From Mytilus californianus (Eukaryota): a stretch of 64,000 nucleotides of DNA. This document shows, in pieces, positions 60,471 to 64,000 of the stretch; positions within the stretch are counted from its first letter, which is position 1, and each line of letters starts with the position of its first letter. The DNA is taken from NCBI RefSeq assembly GCF_021869535.1, contig NW_026262723.1, positions 59,024,001-59,088,000 of the forward strand, in the 5' to 3' direction. The notes under the pieces were generated by a model, which saw nothing but the letters and a program-made list of their open reading frames with translations, did no database searches and was not told the DNA's origin. The translations under genes were made by a program, and so were the position numbers.

Positions 60471-63299
60471 CTTTTTTTTTTCTGGATTTGTTTTATTTAT
60501 AATTAACGAAATATGTTTCGATTGAAAGCAATAACGATAAATACAACGGAGTTGCCTGGAACTTCATTCATTTTATACAATGGTAAATTGGTTACAAAGT
60601 GAAACATGAAACGAAATATATACCTCCCAGATCTACAATCATATACTTTGTCCCCGGTTCTGACATTGTAAAACGTGGTTCTATACCAGCTAGTTTGTCT
60701 GTAGGTAGGTATTGGCAATATATGGAAGCAGCTTCGGGTTCTACGGCGAGCTTGAGATTATCCCTCCGTATACCAGCCTTCCATGGAAAACAATATTTAC
60801 AGTTCAATATTATTTTACTGAAATTGCTAATGACTCATGTCGATTATTTTTGTTACTCGATTCGAATAAAATGATTCCTTAGCTCATCAACATTTACATA
60901 AATATATATAATTTCGATTTTCTTTTACAAAATTATGTTATGGGCCATTACCTGGAAAATCCAAAGGGGTATAGTTTTGACAATATTGTTCAAAATTTAT
61001 TGAATTTTGTTGTTAAATAAAGGAGATATTGATATTGCTTGCAATGAAATCTAAAATAACTTATGTGAAACATATCCTGTGATTTTCACGCATCTAACGG
61101 TCAACTATGCTACACACAAATATAGCTTTCGTTACTCGAGTTATGTGTTTCTTCGTCAGCTTGGTCTAGGGTTGTAACACATTACATAAGTATGCATCTT
61201 CATGCTAATTCTTGCATATACGGATACATCCACCTTAAGTTGAACAGTTATGGATCAACGTACAGCCTTCAACGACAAGCAAATCTGATACCATATAATA
61301 CACTTGTTTTGAAATGTTGTTGTTAGTTTATCTTCGACTAATGAGTTTGCATATCCCTTTGGCCTCTCTTTTAAAATGTCACGTGATGATAAGCTCTTAA
61401 TAAATTCAACAGAAAAAAATTGAATTTTTAAAAAATAGCCAATTCCAATGTTGGTCAATTTGCCTGAGGGAGTTTGAACCTTCGTTTCTTGATAATATCT
61501 CATTTTTATCAACGGTGCTTTTATGAAAGGTATGTTATAATCATGTAAGTACCAAAGCACTGACTTTTTAGCATATGATACGCTCTGGGACTGACAGTCC
61601 ACCAGCTGCGGTATCGATTCAATGCTCAAAATGATAATAACACTTTTTGAATTTGCAGCTAATGACCAAAATGGCCCATAATAGAATGCATAATACATGC
61701 TTCGTCAATGCAGTCCAAACAAAACTATGCATAATCATTGAATAGATAGAGCTTACTATTTGCGTACTTTCAATGATATATGTAATATATTTATGTAAAA
61801 CTATAACGATGGATAATATTAAGTCATACAAATATACAAATGATTCTGTAGTACTAATGTTCAAATTGTATTACCTTTTCTGCACTTTCTCTCATAAATT
61901 GTTTTGCATTATCTGTCCAAATTGCAGGAACAGTCAAAACCCATCTAATATCCCCCAACTCTACTCCTGTACCTTGCGTTTCCGGTTATGCTATTAAGTG
62001 ATTCTTCAGTGCCATTATAGACAATGCGAAAACATCAATTGCTGGCATAGATTTCCCTGTTATGTCCTCTAGTAACATTTCCTTTGAGACATTCTGAAAC
62101 ATACAATCTGGGCATCTGTTTTATCATTACCAAAATAAAAGTAGCTTCACAGTCATTGTACTCTCTTGAATACAAACGCACATTTAACGCACTATACCTA
62201 GTAAATATATGTATGAATGGATAACAGAAAATAATTAAATACTATCTGAATTTTCATTTCTTCTTGATTTCTTTCACTCGGTCTTTTTTAGATCAGGTTT
62301 ATTTAAGGTTTAATTTTTGGCACTGCAGATGCAAATTTAAACACTTGTCACTAAAGGTGAAAAGTTTAGCACTGTTGGGGAGTATTGTGCTTGAAATGAA
62401 ACTTATGCAGTAAACGTAAAGTCTTGCAATAAAGATATAAGGTCATGTGCCGGTAACATGAATGCTTACTCTAGTGGTGTAATTGTAAAGTCGTAGGCTA
62501 GAGAAATTAATTTTTGCACTAAGAGGTGTAAGATATACGACTATGTGGATGCTTTTTGATATTTGTCTATAGCACATAATGTATTTGCAAATTGAATGCA
62601 CCTTCGAAGAAAGACTTTACTTGTGCAAGGGCTACACTTAACAATGTAATTTTTCAGATATTTTTTTGTTGTGAATTCAATACATTTCATATAGTTGGCT
62701 TGTAGTTAACCCAGAACTGTGCAGACGCTTTTCAGACATTTCATTACGTTGTTTAATTTTACAGGTAAATAACATAAATACTGAACAGATCTTAAGTGGC
62801 TGTGAGCAAATTGTATGAACTGTACTGAATTTACCCCTGTTGATAAGTCTTAAAACTTACTGAAAGACTGAACATGACTAAAAAAAGTCATTGTTCGGTC
62901 TTTTAAGAGATTTGTATATCAAAATGATCTTTTCAGTTCAAAATTGGTTCACTAGTGATTATACGTAGTACGATCAGTCATTACCACTACAAGAAAAGCT
63001 TTTATTTTCATTGCTAGACTAAATATCGCCAGACTTTGCAATCGGGATTTAGCTCGTTCTTTGTGAGACGATCATGACTTAGAGAAGCGTAGTGTTCTGT
63101 CCGTCATTATTTTCTATCGCTTACATAATAAATATATACTAAATATTATCTGTTCATTAGAAATTATTAAGACACTTAGGCACCAACTCCCTCGGGAAAT
63201 GTTGACCTAAGATGAATTTAGCTATTCTATTTATATCCTTTTTGGTCATATAGTTCCTAACCTTGCAGCGTATTTACGCATCCTTGGCTTACAAATGTT

Positions 63300-63360
63300 T
63301 TCGTTTGAGTGTTCCCGATGCCGGTTAATCCAGAAAAGCGCTTGGGACGCACGACATTTA
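63300..63360 (+). repeat. Heavily decayed hammerhead-type repeat, G4 intron 1
   Basis: gagtgttc-ccgatgc-cggttaatcca-gaaa-agcgc resembles a CTGATGA..GAAA hammerhead repeat; several core changes. Confidence 0.3.
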
Positions 63361-64000
63361 TAAAGTTTTTTATTTCATTGACAAAAATTTTAGCATTATC
63401 ACTTTTGCAGTTAGATGAATTAATATACTACAGTTACCTTATTATTGTGTAAGAACATCTTAAATCTGTGGAAATAATAATAATTGTCTTGGTCTGTATC
63501 CATCACAATTTCTGCATACTTCTCTTCTGCTTCGTATCCAAACGAGTCAAGCTGTTTATTAGAATCTAACAGCAAACATGTTGGTGTTTTTAACGATAGT
63601 AGTTGTTTTCCTCCTGCATTCCAGGCCTGATTTGCATGAATTGTCATTGGTTCATTATTGAATGTGTCTTTCATCGAAAATGCATAACCAGAATATGTTG
63701 TCCCAAAATCAATAGCAGCTACGAGAAGGTAGTTTGAACTATCGGCCATTCTCTTTAATATTGTATCCTAAATAAAAGAAGAGACATTTTGGATATGCAA
63801 GATGCCAGTACTATGCTTGCTATTGAAAGAACTGATGTAACGAAGTATCAATTATTTGTGATAATTTTTCAAATGGTGGCAGTAAAAATCAAAGAGACGT
63901 AGTGTAAGTGTATTTCTATAAGTTGGCTTTTAATAAATGATTGGTTCCTTACTTTTATAGTGTAGTCAAATAAAAATGTGTTTAAAACAAAAATCGACCA

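Larger units (their letters stand above)
57998..63749 (-). pseudogene. HSPA12: HSPA12-like pseudogene (G4)
   Basis: complement(join(57998..59043,60624..60777,61875..62093,63438..63749)); exon sizes identical to G2, splice sites intact; in-frame stops TAA 61986-61988, TAA 58307-58309, TAA 58286-58288, TGA 58208-58210; ancestral stop 57998-58000. Confidence 0.92.

Overview
AT-rich eukaryotic genomic DNA with spliceosomal GT-AG introns. The repeat families and the HSPA12 expansion suggest a bivalve, probably a Mytilus-type mussel (inference). Main content: (1) four 4-coding-exon HSPA12-like (atypical Hsp70) paralogs: G1 (+, intact, 578 aa), G2 (-, intact, 576 aa), G3 (-, intact, divergent, 581 aa) and G4 (-, pseudogene with four in-frame stops, no frameshift, intact splice sites). 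(2) A single-exon Toll-like receptor (LRR-TM-TIR, -) between the converging G1 and G2, with atypical TIR motifs. (3) A 4.6-kb tyrosine-recombinase retrotransposon (gag, RT/RNaseH/methyltransferase-like pol, YR) with unusual ends: 153-bp direct repeats plus a 17-bp inverted repeat able to fold the 3' end back, and no visible second 'B' repeat. (4) Dense repeats: Helentron-type non-autonomous elements, Penelope-like RT fragments and 3' ends with a strong strand bias, decayed hammerhead-ribozyme motifs, a CR1-like LINE fragment, tRNA-derived SINEs, MITEs, foldbacks and a ~1.15-kb inverted repeat pair. Exon boundaries, stops and difference counts were read by hand; no database search was possible.
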